The translations under genes and the position numbers were made by a program. Positions 12,429-21,939 of a stretch of 64,000 nucleotides of DNA are shown here, in pieces. Positions within the stretch are counted from its first letter, which is position 1. The number at the start of each line of letters is the position of its first letter. Source of the stretch: Leptonemataceae bacterium (lineage in GTDB: Bacteria > Spirochaetota > Leptospiria > Leptospirales > Leptonemataceae); NCBI GenBank assembly GCA_965227295.1, contig OZ245742.1:3776001-3840000 (forward strand). The letters run 5' to 3'. Under the pieces are notes generated by a model that ran no database searches, was not told where the DNA came from, and saw only the letters and a list, made by a program, of their open reading frames with translations.

Positions 12429-12574
12429 AACGCCGGTCCAGACTGACGGCCCGGTGATCTGGTGCAAATCAAAAAAATGCACAGGAGTGAGCGAGGACGA
12501 GCGATCCGGGATTCCCCATCGTCTCAGTCTCCGGTGAATTCATCTTCCGATGGTACCACCCCGATATTAGAATC

Positions 12575-13048
12575 ATGCAACGCATCTGGCCAGTGCTCAT
12601 CCTCCTGTGCACGCTCTCGCTCCCGGCGGCGGACGCGCGCTTTCGGGATCGTTCGGACGGGACCGTACTGGATCTTCACAGCGGACTGGTGTGGATGAAG
12701 TGCGGCTTCGGCCAGGATTATACCGGGAGTCTGTGCAGCGGGCCGGCAGTGCGCATGACCTGGCATAACGCGAGTAAGGTTTGCGAAGAACTGGAATTCG
12801 CCGCCCGCGAATGGCGCCTGCCCGCACGCAACGAACTGAGATCGCTGATTGTCGTGCGCGAAGTGCGCCCGCATCTGAACATCGATGTCTTCGGTGCCTC
12901 GTATCCCTTTCGGTACTGGAGCGCGGATGCATTGACCGACCCGAAGGGCACCGCGGGCGAAGTTGTGAACTTTCTCGAGGCGACGACGTATGCCGACTTC
13001 GGCGGGAAGAACTACGTGCGCTGTGTGAGTGGTGGGGAAGATCTTTGA
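12575..13048 (+). CDS. Secreted DUF1566 (Lcl C-terminal-like) domain protein
   Basis: Signal peptide; DGTVLDLHSGLVW, WRLP..EL, YWS, YVRCV motifs. Confidence 0.85.
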   Translation: MQRIWPVLILLCTLSLPAADARFRDRSDGTVLDLHSGLVWMKCGFGQDYTGSLCSGPAVRMTWHNASKVCEELEFAAREWRLPARNELRSLIVVREVRPHLNIDVFGASYPFRYWSADALTDPKGTAGEVVNFLEATTYADFGGKNYVRCVSGGEDL

Positions 13049-13097
13049 AATGGCTGCGGCCGGCCCGCCCGGGCGGCTAACTTGATCTCACCATCAT

Positions 13098-13199
13098 CTA
13101 ACTGATTACGAGTTTGCCATGGGGCGACTGAAGAAACAAATCCGCCGCCGAAGCGAGGATGCGTTCCCGCGGCCCCATCCTGTGTTCGGATTCCGTCAC
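13098..13199 (-). pseudogene. Truncated TetR-family regulator N-terminal remnant
   Basis: PRERILASAADLFLQ resembles TetR helix 1, followed by an early stop; divergent from GST. Confidence 0.45.
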
Positions 13200-13283
13200 C
13201 GCATACATTAAAAAGAAATAGACAGCTTTGTCTATGTTGATTTGCTGTGGGTAGACCGACTTGTCTAAGTTGAGGGAGGCTGA

Positions 13284-13889
13284 ATGAAACTGTACTATCA
13301 TCCCAATTCCACGTATTCGCGCCGGGTGCGCATTCTCGGTGTCGAGAAGGCGATCTCCTTCGATGAGGAAGTCGTCGCCATGGAAAAGCTGGCCCATCGC
13401 AAGAAAGACTATCTGGCGGTAAACGCCTACGGTCGCGTCCCCGTTCTTGAGGACGGCGATCTACGTCTCTGTGAGTCTAACGTCATACTGGAGTATTTAG
13501 AAGAAACACATCCGGAACCCGGACTGATGCCGGCCGATCCCGCGTCCCGGGCGCGCGTGCGCCGACACATGCATCTCTGTGACCTGGAATTCGCGCGGCA
13601 CGTGAGTACGATCGTATTTCCGAAGCGTTTTCTTCCGGAAGATCGCTGGAACAGGGACGACATGCAGGCCGCCGCGAAGAGCATCAAACGACACTTCAAG
13701 ATCCTCACGGAAGAACTCGCCGATCGGCCGTTTTTGCACGGCGACGCGTTCAGCCTGGCCGATGTCAGCTATATGCCGTTCCTGCACTTTCACGCCATCC
13801 TGGACGTGGACGTTCCCGCGAACATTCAGGCCTGGGCCGGGCGCCTGTCCGAACGTAAGAGCGCGCAAGAGACCGTGCCCGAAAGATAG
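13284..13889 (+). CDS. Glutathione S-transferase family protein
   Basis: STYSRRV, GRVPVL, ESNVILEYL, FSLAD; gggagg RBS. Confidence 0.92.
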   Translation: MKLYYHPNSTYSRRVRILGVEKAISFDEEVVAMEKLAHRKKDYLAVNAYGRVPVLEDGDLRLCESNVILEYLEETHPEPGLMPADPASRARVRRHMHLCDLEFARHVSTIVFPKRFLPEDRWNRDDMQAAAKSIKRHFKILTEELADRPFLHGDAFSLADVSYMPFLHFHAILDVDVPANIQAWAGRLSERKSAQETVPER

Positions 13890-14168
13890 GGTTTTCGTAC
13901 TATTACGGCGGGCCGGGTAGCAGTCCGTGGCCTGGACTGCCAGAAAATCCGCTGCGCATAGTTACTGCGCAGGGAGCGAGTGATGTACGCAAAATGCGCC
14001 GTTTCTTGTTGACGCCGCCGAACGCGGGCTTATGATTTTCGTCTAAAAAATCGATAAGAAACTTAGAGTTTCTCAAGACGCTGTTAGCGTCCGCTTCCAC
14101 TACCCGGTCGGGCATGTTTTTTGCTCTGATTACGCAGCAAACACCCGGACGTTTTTCAGGAGGGTACC

Positions 14169-14870
14169 ATGAGCATCGATTCGCATTCCGCGAGAGGCGC
14201 CGACCACTGGAGTCGGACGTTTCGTTTTCACGTCCTGGGCCTGGAGTTTTTCCTGGCCGCTCCCGGAACATTCACGGCCGGGGTTCGTCGGCACATGTCC
14301 GCCGAAAACACGGTTTACCTGGCCGGCATGATCGCCCGGGAAACCGACTCCGCCTACCTGGAACAAATCCGGACTTACCTGGTGGAGGACCCGGAGGCCA
14401 TGGATCAGACCGTGCGCCGTCACGATCCCTATCTCGGTCACAACGCGCCGTTGGTTACGATCTCGCGCATTAACGCGGAGCACCTTACGTTGCAATTTGC
14501 CGGCGAACGCGGCGACGGCAGCCTCACCGACGTCGTCCATCTTATGGTGCCGGCGAAGTACTTCGGCATTGCCTCGTACTATTCCTTGCAGGCCGGCAAT
14601 CACGCCTTCGCGCGTATTTTCGATTTCTTTCGAAACCATCTTTCGATGATCGTGGACGTGCTCGCCGGTTACCTGGACTACCTGGAAGAGCGCGCCGGTG
14701 TGTTGCCGGAGGAAATTCCCGTGGCGGTCTGGGAACGCCTGGGCATGGACTCCAACGAACGCAATCGCCGCAAAGAATTCTGGGAGGCCGCGGGTATCAA
14801 TACTTCCCGGAAGAATCGTCTGATCCCGCTCGAGTTGCGGGAGATGCTGAACTATACGCAGCCGAATTAA
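14169..14870 (+). CDS. Hypothetical protein
   Basis: 233-aa ORF with aggagg RBS; no motif recognised. Confidence 0.65.
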   Translation: MSIDSHSARGADHWSRTFRFHVLGLEFFLAAPGTFTAGVRRHMSAENTVYLAGMIARETDSAYLEQIRTYLVEDPEAMDQTVRRHDPYLGHNAPLVTISRINAEHLTLQFAGERGDGSLTDVVHLMVPAKYFGIASYYSLQAGNHAFARIFDFFRNHLSMIVDVLAGYLDYLEERAGVLPEEIPVAVWERLGMDSNERNRRKEFWEAAGINTSRKNRLIPLELREMLNYTQPN

Positions 14871-15003
14871 TTACAGTCCGGCACCGAAGATTCCTGAGAG
14901 AGCATGATGACTACCAGGATGGCCGACACGATAAACAATCGAAGCGACATGGCTGCGTACCGTAGATTCGCCGGGGTGTCATTTTACAAACGGAAAACGT
15001 CGC

Positions 15004-15786
15004 TCATTTACGGACGACGGCCATATTCTCGAACTCCATCGAAGACGTGAACTTCTTGTACATGATCAGCGGTACGTAGACCGTGCCGCGGGCAAATCCG
15101 CTTTGAAACAGGGGCGCGCCTTCCGGCGTGTTCACGAAGTGAAAGTCGAACTCGAAATCCTGTAGGCCGAACTGCAACGACGCGAACGTGCCTTTCATGT
15201 ACACGAGATTGAGATCGTCTTTCGTAAAGAACATGTCGCCCCGGAAGTAGCGCCGCCCGTTGCGCTTCGGCATGATGTGCAGGCGCCAGCACGGCGTGCC
15301 GCGAATCTTACGCGAACCCACGAGGCGAATGTTGTAGCGTTCCGCGCCGCGTTCGTCGAAGACCGGATGGGGCGGAGCCAGTTCGTAGTTCTCGAAGCTT
15401 GCCGGCGACTGCTCAACGCCGTCGAGGACGTAGCGCGTAATGTTGACGTAGGGCATGCCGTCATAGTAGTCGATGCGTTCAGCGGAGAGTTCGATCTTCT
15501 GCAACAATTCACCGCTCTTCGCATCGTAAGTGCGGATCGCCGAATGTCTTCGCGATCGCACTCCGGCAAACCTGGTATACGTTGCATGTCCCTTGCGCCG
15601 GATCTCTGCCAGAATGCGGGCCTCTTCCTCGGCCGCGGGCAGGGCGCGGACGGAGGCGAGGCCCAGTTGTTGGGGCATCACATCGCGCGGAGCGAAGATG
15701 ACGATCCATGCGCTCAACATGACGAACGTGTGAAGGCGTAACCTCCGTGAAAAAGAACTCAGGGGAGTGATTTTGCAGATCGGCAT
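15004..15786 (-). CDS. Hypothetical exported protein (beta-rich, possibly LolA/MucB-like); start uncertain
   Basis: Hydrophobic N-terminal segment; CWRLHIMPK..YFRGDMFF pattern. Confidence 0.5.
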   Translation of the reverse strand: MPICKITPLSSFSRRLRLHTFVMLSAWIVIFAPRDVMPQQLGLASVRALPAAEEEARILAEIRRKGHATYTRFAGVRSRRHSAIRTYDAKSGELLQKIELSAERIDYYDGMPYVNITRYVLDGVEQSPASFENYELAPPHPVFDERGAERYNIRLVGSRKIRGTPCWRLHIMPKRNGRRYFRGDMFFTKDDLNLVYMKGTFASLQFGLQDFEFDFHFVNTPEGAPLFQSGFARGTVYVPLIMYKKFTSSMEFENMAVVRK

Positions 15787-15908
15787 GGCGCCGCGAACTT
15801 GAACACAGTGTCTAAAATCGCAAGAAAATATTATGTCGCATGAGGACGGAACCATTACACAGAAATAAAACGATTGTCATTGCGTCGTCACGCCCGGAGC
15901 GTAGCGGC

Positions 15909-16667
15909 ATGTCCGTGCAATTTCACGATCACTTCTCCGGACACGCCGGCGATTATGCGAAGTTTCGCCCGGACTATCCGGAGCAGTTGTTCGAGATCAT
16001 TGCTTCGTTGCTGCCGACCGCGGAACGTAAGCGCGCCTGGGACTGCGGCACCGGAAACGGCCAGGCGGCCCGGGGGCTGGCGCCGTACTTCGAACGCGTC
16101 ATCGCCAGCGACCCGAGTGCGCAGCAAATCAAACAGGCCGAGCCCCACGATTCCATCGAGTACCATGTGTGGCCGGCGGAACGTTCCGAACTCGACGATG
16201 ACAGCGTGGACCTCGTGACCGTGGCGCAGGCCCTCCACTGGTTCGACCACGACGCGTTTTATAAAGAAGTACAGCGGGTCACGCGTCCCGGTGGCATTAT
16301 CGCTTGCTGGGGCTACGGCATCCAGGGCGTCGGCGCGGGCCTCGATCCCATCCTCACGCATTACTACCGGCGCGTGGTCGGCCCGTACTGGCCCAAAGAA
16401 CGCGCTCACATCGATGCGAACTACGGCGATATTCCGTTCCCTTTCGATCCGTTGCCCGTGCCGCCCATGCGCATGGAGCGGGAAATGAATTATCACGAAT
16501 TCCTGGGTTACCTGGGAACCTGGTCGGCCACGCGGCGCTACATGAAGGATCGCGGCGAAGACCCCATGGATCGCATCCGGGAAGATTTGCTGCGCGGCTG
16601 GGGCAATCCCGAACAGCGTCGAGTCGTAAGCTGGTCTCTGTTTATGAAATTCGGCCGCGTGTCTTGA
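15909..16667 (+). CDS. Class I SAM-dependent methyltransferase
   Basis: FSGHAGDYAKFRPDYP, WDCGTGNGQ, AQALHWF. Confidence 0.92.
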   Translation: MSVQFHDHFSGHAGDYAKFRPDYPEQLFEIIASLLPTAERKRAWDCGTGNGQAARGLAPYFERVIASDPSAQQIKQAEPHDSIEYHVWPAERSELDDDSVDLVTVAQALHWFDHDAFYKEVQRVTRPGGIIACWGYGIQGVGAGLDPILTHYYRRVVGPYWPKERAHIDANYGDIPFPFDPLPVPPMRMEREMNYHEFLGYLGTWSATRRYMKDRGEDPMDRIREDLLRGWGNPEQRRVVSWSLFMKFGRVS

Positions 16668-16676
16668 ACATTTGCC

Positions 16677-18833
16677 ATGGCTCAGCTCGGGGAAATTCTG
16701 GTTCGTCACGGTGTCATTAGCCGGGACCAATTGATCGAAGCGTTGTACACGCAGCGGCGCATGAATGCGAACGCGTCTTTGTTGTCCGCGGCCGAGAAAT
16801 ACCTGGAAGCCGCCGAGCTCGAACGCATCATCGATCACCAACTCCACCGGGGACTAACTTTCGAAGAAGCAATATTAGATCTTGACGTGCTTTCGAAAAA
16901 ACGCGTATCGGAACTGCACCGGGAGCGCAAAGAGTTCCGCGTGCCGCTCGGAGAAATCCTGCGCCGCCGCGGCTTCCTTGATGTCGCGGAGCTGAACCGC
17001 TGGATCGAACGCTACGAAAACGAACGGGATGCCCGGGAAAATCCGGAACACCTGGCCGCGATGCTCCGCAGCATCGAAATCTTTGCAAAACTGGATGAAG
17101 CGTGCCGCCTGGAATTGTCTCAGAACGCCCACTGGAAATACTACGAGGCCGGGGATCTCATCTATGAAGAAGGCGATCCCGGCGATGCGATCTACGTTGT
17201 GGAATACGGCCTGGTCCGACTGACGACCCACGGCGCCCTGCACGACTCTCTGGAACTCGGCAGCGCGCGTTCCGGCGATCACTTCGGTTTGCCGGGGGCC
17301 CTGAGCGGACAGGATCGACTCGAACATGCGCAGGCACTCGTAAAGACCCGCTGCATTCGCATTATGGCGGAGGACCTGCAGGCCGTTCTCAGGCAACAAC
17401 CCGAGGCGGCCGTGAGTGCGGCGGAACTGCTCGGCCGGGATGTGCGTCATTACTTCGGCGGCATTCAGTCGAACGACATCCTCGTCGATACGAACGTCTA
17501 CACCCTCGTTTACGATAGTGTGCCGGACCACGACATTCTCAACGCACTCTTACAAGAACTTCGAGTGCAGCTTGAGGGTTCGGTGCAATTGTTGCATAAT
17601 CATCCCGACCTGGAACTCCCCTATTTCTCGGCCGAAGCCGGCTACGCCATGTTTGTTCCCCGTCTTTCTACGGCGGCGCACTTTCCACAGATCGTTCGTT
17701 GGATTCACGAGGAAAGCCGGCACATCGATCACCTGGTGTTTTTGATTTTTCCGGCGCAGTTCACACATACGGCGGAGGCCGCGGAACTGCTGACATTGCT
17801 GACAGCGAACAGCCGACGTACGCTGACGCTCACGAATTCAGTCAGGCCGTACTTCAACAACCTGCGCGGAGAACGTGATCGCGTGCAACTCCTGGTCGGC
17901 GATGACGTAGAACGTGATCGGGCGACCTATCTGGAATTATTGCACGTTTGTCCGGAAAGTCTCGCGCATATTAGCTTTAATAAAAAGTATCTTAACGAAA
18001 CAGCCCGGCGAACCGTCTCCGGATTCCTGGGCCGGGAGATCGCCCTCGTGCTCGGCGGCGGCGGCGCCAAAGGGGCCGCGCACATCGGTGTCCTCGAAGT
18101 ACTGGAGCGCGAAGGCATTGCGGTCGATCTGGGACTCGGCAGTAGTTCCGGTTGCGTCGTGGGCAGTCTCTGGGCGTACGGTTACGAACTCGACGAACTT
18201 CGCGAACGTTATGTGAAGGACCTGGGCAACCGCAGGGTTCGCTTTCCGGATTGGACTCTGCCTTTGCGCGGATCTCTGGCAAAAGGAGACGTGGGTCGCA
18301 AGTTTCTCTTAAAGCACATCGGGGAGATGTTTACGTTCGAGGGGCGGCGGCCGTTTCTGCCGGTATCCGTGGATCTCAAGCAGGGCGGTGATGTCGTTGT
18401 GCGCGGTTGTGAAATGTGGCGAGCCGCCTTCGCCTCCCAGGCCATTCCCGGACTACTACCCCTGGTCGAACACGACGGCATGATTCTCTCGGACGGTGCT
18501 CTGGGAAACAACGTGCCGTCGTCCCAGGCGCGTCGTTTCGGAGCGGACTTTGTAATCAGCGTAAACATCAGTCCCACACCCGCCGCGACTTCATTCAATC
18601 CGAAGTCCGTCGGCTCAAACATGTTGCGCGCCGTAGAAGTCATGATGCACCAGTCCACGTCCCGGCATCAGGATTTCACGGACGTCGAGATTCGGCCGCG
18701 GGTCTTCGAATACGGTATGTTCGATTTCGAGAAAACGGAGCTATTCATGGAACTCGGCCGGCGCGCCGCGGAAGAAAAGCTGCCCGAGCTGCGATTGCTT
18801 CTGGACCGACGTAAGACGATCACGCAACATTAA
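16677..18833 (+). CDS. Patatin-like phospholipase with N-terminal MshEN-like repeats and cNMP-binding domain
   Basis: LGEILVRHGVISRDQLIEAL; IYEEGDPGDAIYVVEYG; LGGGGAKGAAHIG, GSSSG nucleophile, DGA motif. Confidence 0.88.
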   Translation: MAQLGEILVRHGVISRDQLIEALYTQRRMNANASLLSAAEKYLEAAELERIIDHQLHRGLTFEEAILDLDVLSKKRVSELHRERKEFRVPLGEILRRRGFLDVAELNRWIERYENERDARENPEHLAAMLRSIEIFAKLDEACRLELSQNAHWKYYEAGDLIYEEGDPGDAIYVVEYGLVRLTTHGALHDSLELGSARSGDHFGLPGALSGQDRLEHAQALVKTRCIRIMAEDLQAVLRQQPEAAVSAAELLGRDVRHYFGGIQSNDILVDTNVYTLVYDSVPDHDILNALLQELRVQLEGSVQLLHNHPDLELPYFSAEAGYAMFVPRLSTAAHFPQIVRWIHEESRHIDHLVFLIFPAQFTHTAEAAELLTLLTANSRRTLTLTNSVRPYFNNLRGERDRVQLLVGDDVERDRATYLELLHVCPESLAHISFNKKYLNETARRTVSGFLGREIALVLGGGGAKGAAHIGVLEVLEREGIAVDLGLGSSSGCVVGSLWAYGYELDELRERYVKDLGNRRVRFPDWTLPLRGSLAKGDVGRKFLLKHIGEMFTFEGRRPFLPVSVDLKQGGDVVVRGCEMWRAAFASQAIPGLLPLVEHDGMILSDGALGNNVPSSQARRFGADFVISVNISPTPAATSFNPKSVGSNMLRAVEVMMHQSTSRHQDFTDVEIRPRVFEYGMFDFEKTELFMELGRRAAEEKLPELRLLLDRRKTITQH

Positions 18834-18871
18834 GTACTTGCGAATCACGGGCGCGGGCGTTGAATAATGCC

Positions 18872-19663
18872 ATGACTTCCAGCGAAGTAAGGGGCGGAGC
18901 GGGCCGGGCCGCGTTGGTAACCGGCGGCGCGGTTCGTCTCGGTAGAGCTTTCAGCCTGGCCCTGGGACGAGCCGGCTACGACGTCGCGATCCATTACAAC
19001 AGCAGCGCCGGGGCCGCCGAGGAAACCGCCCAGGAAATTCGGAACCTCGGTCGCCGGAGTTACAGTTTCGCCTGCGACTTCAGCGTGGCCGGAGAGCGCG
19101 ACTTTGACGCCCTCCTGGATCGCGTGCTTAAAAAGCTCCCGAATTTCGACGTGCTCGTAAACAGCGCTTCGGTCTACGAACAGGGCGCCATAAAAAAGGT
19201 CGGTGCCGAAATCCTGGACCGCCAGTTCGCCGTTAACTTTCGCGCGCCGTATCTTATGACCCGTGCCTTCGCGGCGCGCATCGGCCGGGGAGACGTCGTC
19301 AACATCCTCGACAACAAGATTGCGTTTCATCAGTACCAGTACTCGGCGTATCTGCTTTCGAAAAAAGCCCTCGCCGATTTTACGAAGCTGGCCGCCGCCG
19401 AGTTCGCTCCGGAAATTCGCGTGAACGGCGTGGCCCCGGGCGTGGTCATGCCCATGGACAGTCGTACGTCGGACTATCTCGACTGGCGCGTGCAGGGCAT
19501 ACCGCTCGGTCGCCAGGGCAGCGCGGACGAAGTCACCGCCGCATTGTTGTATGCCCTCGATAACCGTTTCGTCACGGGACAGATACTCTTTGCGGACGGT
19601 GGTGAATCCCTGGGCGATCCCGGGCGCAACGCCGGCAATTTTCAGGACGGGGCGGGGCCATGA
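18872..19663 (+). CDS. SDR oxidoreductase, pteridine reductase/FolM-like
   Basis: TGGAVRLG, LVNSAS, YLLSK; overlaps folK start. Confidence 0.85.
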   Translation: MTSSEVRGGAGRAALVTGGAVRLGRAFSLALGRAGYDVAIHYNSSAGAAEETAQEIRNLGRRSYSFACDFSVAGERDFDALLDRVLKKLPNFDVLVNSASVYEQGAIKKVGAEILDRQFAVNFRAPYLMTRAFAARIGRGDVVNILDNKIAFHQYQYSAYLLSKKALADFTKLAAAEFAPEIRVNGVAPGVVMPMDSRTSDYLDWRVQGIPLGRQGSADEVTAALLYALDNRFVTGQILFADGGESLGDPGRNAGNFQDGAGP

Positions 19664-20073
19664 CCTCGCCGGGTCATCGCGTGGTGCTCTCCGTGGGCTC
19701 GAACATCGATCCGGAGCGGAACGTCGAGCGTGCCGCGGAGATCCTGGATGCGGATCACGGCCTGGTCGCGCGTTCGCAATTTATCGTCACCGCTCCGGAT
19801 GGTTACCAGGATCAGGACGATTTTCTAAACGGCGCCTTTCTCGTGGAGACACAACTGAATTTCGACGCGTTCAATGCGTACTTGAAAGATGTCGAAAAAA
19901 AACTCGGCCGGGTGAAGGGTCCGATCAAGTCCGGTCCGCGGACCATGGACCTGGACATCATCATCTGGGACAGCAGCATCGTTCGGGATGAGTACTATAC
20001 CAAAGACTACACCCGTATCCCGGTGGACGAGATCCTGCATGAGCACGGCATTGAGGTCCGCCAGGAATCTTAA
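19660..20073 (+). CDS. folK: 6-hydroxymethyl-7,8-dihydropterin pyrophosphokinase
   Basis: SVGSNI, FLNG, GPRTMDLDI. Confidence 0.92.
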   Translation: MTSPGHRVVLSVGSNIDPERNVERAAEILDADHGLVARSQFIVTAPDGYQDQDDFLNGAFLVETQLNFDAFNAYLKDVEKKLGRVKGPIKSGPRTMDLDIIIWDSSIVRDEYYTKDYTRIPVDEILHEHGIEVRQES

Positions 20074-20090
20074 TCTATCTCGCTAAGATG

Positions 20091-20399
20091 TTAGCCGCCA
20101 AGAACCAGTCCACGAACGTGTTTTCCGAAGGTTTCGTAGGAAAGGCGCGTGGCGCCGGGCACATCCGTCTCTACCGCGTAGTCGAAAGAATTCGGATCCG
20201 ACAGGGGCACCGAGTAGACCGGGCAGCCGGAGTTCTGTAACTGTTCTACGATTGCTTCCTGGCCGGCAGGGGCGTAGACAGCGAGGGCCTTGCCTTCGAC
20301 GCCGGTACGGAGAATCGCGTGGAGTTTGACATCGTCCTTGAGTCGGGGAAGGGCATCGGCGGACAGAAGGATGCGCAGTGCCGGAGATTTACGTTGCAC
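20091..20399 (-). CDS. Hypothetical protein
   Basis: 102-aa ORF co-oriented directly downstream of purC. Confidence 0.5.
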   Translation of the reverse strand: MQRKSPALRILLSADALPRLKDDVKLHAILRTGVEGKALAVYAPAGQEAIVEQLQNSGCPVYSVPLSDPNSFDYAVETDVPGATRLSYETFGKHVRGLVLGG

Positions 20400-20410
20400 G
20401 GGGAACCTCG

Positions 20411-21295
20411 TTAAGATAAAGCCGTTTCAATACGACGCTCAATTTCACGATAGAGTTGCACGGTTTTTTCGATTACCGGTGCCGGCAAGGCCGGCGGTGG
20501 TGGTTGTTTGTTCCAATCACTCTGTTCTAAGTAGTCACGCACGAACTGTTTGTCGTAGCCGGGCGGCGATGTCCCGATGCTGTAAGTGTCGGCGTTCCAG
20601 TAGCGGCTCGAGTCCGGCGTGAGCGCCTCGTCGATCAATACGATCTCGCCGTCCAGCAGGCCGAACTCGAACTTCGTGTCACAGAGTAGAATGTTCTGCG
20701 CGGCCATTTTTTCGGAGGCGAAACGGAAGATGGCCAGCGAGATTGTTGCCAGGCGTTCGGTCAGTTCTGAACCCACTGCGTTGCGCATTGTTTCTACAGT
20801 TACGTTCTCGTCGTGATTGCCGATCTCGGCCTTCGTCGCCGGCGTAAAGATGGGCTCCGGCAGTTGTTCCGCCTGCCGCAGGCCGGTCGGAAGCGTGTGT
20901 CCGCACACCGCTCCGTTCCGCTGATAATCCTTCCAGCCGGAACCGGCCAGATAACCCCGCACCACACATTCGAAGTCGATGCGTTCCGTGCGCCGGACAT
21001 GCACCGAACGTCCGGCCAGGTCCGGATGATTGCGAAAAGGATCCGGGAACGCGGCAACGTCGCCGGTGATCAGATGATCGCGAAAACGCAACTCGTCCAT
21101 GAGCCCGGAGGAACGCAGGGCCTCGAACCAACGTGTGGAGATCGCATTCAGGATGCGTCCCTTTTCCGGCACCGGTTCGCGAAAGACGACATCGAAGGCG
21201 GAAAGGCGATCGCTGGCGGCGATGATCATGGACTGCTCGTCCACGGCGTAGAGATCGCGGACCTTGCCGCGGTAGAAGGGTTCGGGAAGTTGCAT
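20411..21295 (-). CDS. purC: SAICAR synthase
   Basis: GKVRDLY, DRLSAFD, ECVVRGYLAGSGW, DTKFEFG, TPDSSR. Confidence 0.96.
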   Translation of the reverse strand: MQLPEPFYRGKVRDLYAVDEQSMIIAASDRLSAFDVVFREPVPEKGRILNAISTRWFEALRSSGLMDELRFRDHLITGDVAAFPDPFRNHPDLAGRSVHVRRTERIDFECVVRGYLAGSGWKDYQRNGAVCGHTLPTGLRQAEQLPEPIFTPATKAEIGNHDENVTVETMRNAVGSELTERLATISLAIFRFASEKMAAQNILLCDTKFEFGLLDGEIVLIDEALTPDSSRYWNADTYSIGTSPPGYDKQFVRDYLEQSDWNKQPPPPALPAPVIEKTVQLYREIERRIETALS

Positions 21296-21322
21296 GGGCT
21301 GTTAACTTTACTTGATGAAAGA

Positions 21323-21853
21323 TTAGATCATGAAGTGTCTTGTGGGATCGGGCTGGGCCTCCAGGAATTTCCGGCGGGTGCTGTTGACGCGCCGCGCCGT
21401 GGCGAGCAGGCTGAATTCGGCGCCGTCCGTACTCATAGTGCCGGGGCACTCTTTCGCCGTGGCTTCCAGCCCGGAGCGATCGGCGAACGTGGACGGCCAG
21501 AACGGGAACGAGCGACATTGGAGGGGGCGTACCGGGTAAATCGTGCAGCGATTGTCGTTGCCCAGGAATCGACAGGCCCCCGCGGTACGATGCACGAGAT
21601 AACCGTTCTCTTCGCCCTGAACGACGAGTCGCCGCAGACGGGCCTGTTCTTCGCCGCGTAGCTCTAAATAGCGGAACACGGCGTTCAGCTCGTCCGGGGT
21701 AAAAAAAACGCTTCCGGGGCCGCGGCAGCAGTTCCCGCAGCTTGTGCAGCGAAAGCGAAAGGCCTCGCCGTCCACCACGTGCCGCAGCTCTCTCGCCGTC
21801 CGATCACGAAAGAGAGGATCGTCCACGCGAACTTGTCTCGCAGCCGCCGTCAT
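21323..21853 (-). CDS. YkgJ-family cysteine-cluster protein (start 21853 or 21910)
   Basis: CTSCGNCC, CRFL..C.IYPVRPLQCRSFPFW..C. Confidence 0.85.
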   Translation of the reverse strand: MTAAARQVRVDDPLFRDRTARELRHVVDGEAFRFRCTSCGNCCRGPGSVFFTPDELNAVFRYLELRGEEQARLRRLVVQGEENGYLVHRTAGACRFLGNDNRCTIYPVRPLQCRSFPFWPSTFADRSGLEATAKECPGTMSTDGAEFSLLATARRVNSTRRKFLEAQPDPTRHFMI

Positions 21854-21939
21854 GCTGCAAGTGTTTCTCGAACGCGGGTCGCCGGGGGATTTTTTCCGGA
21901 ATTCGCTCATGAAAATGTCCGATTCGGGCGAATCATGGA

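Noticed and set aside
16677..18833. CBASS/Pycsar defence effector
   Set aside because: No adjacent CD-NTase or PycC cyclase; neighbours are a methyltransferase and folate genes; the class III cyclase is 31 kb away in a housekeeping operon
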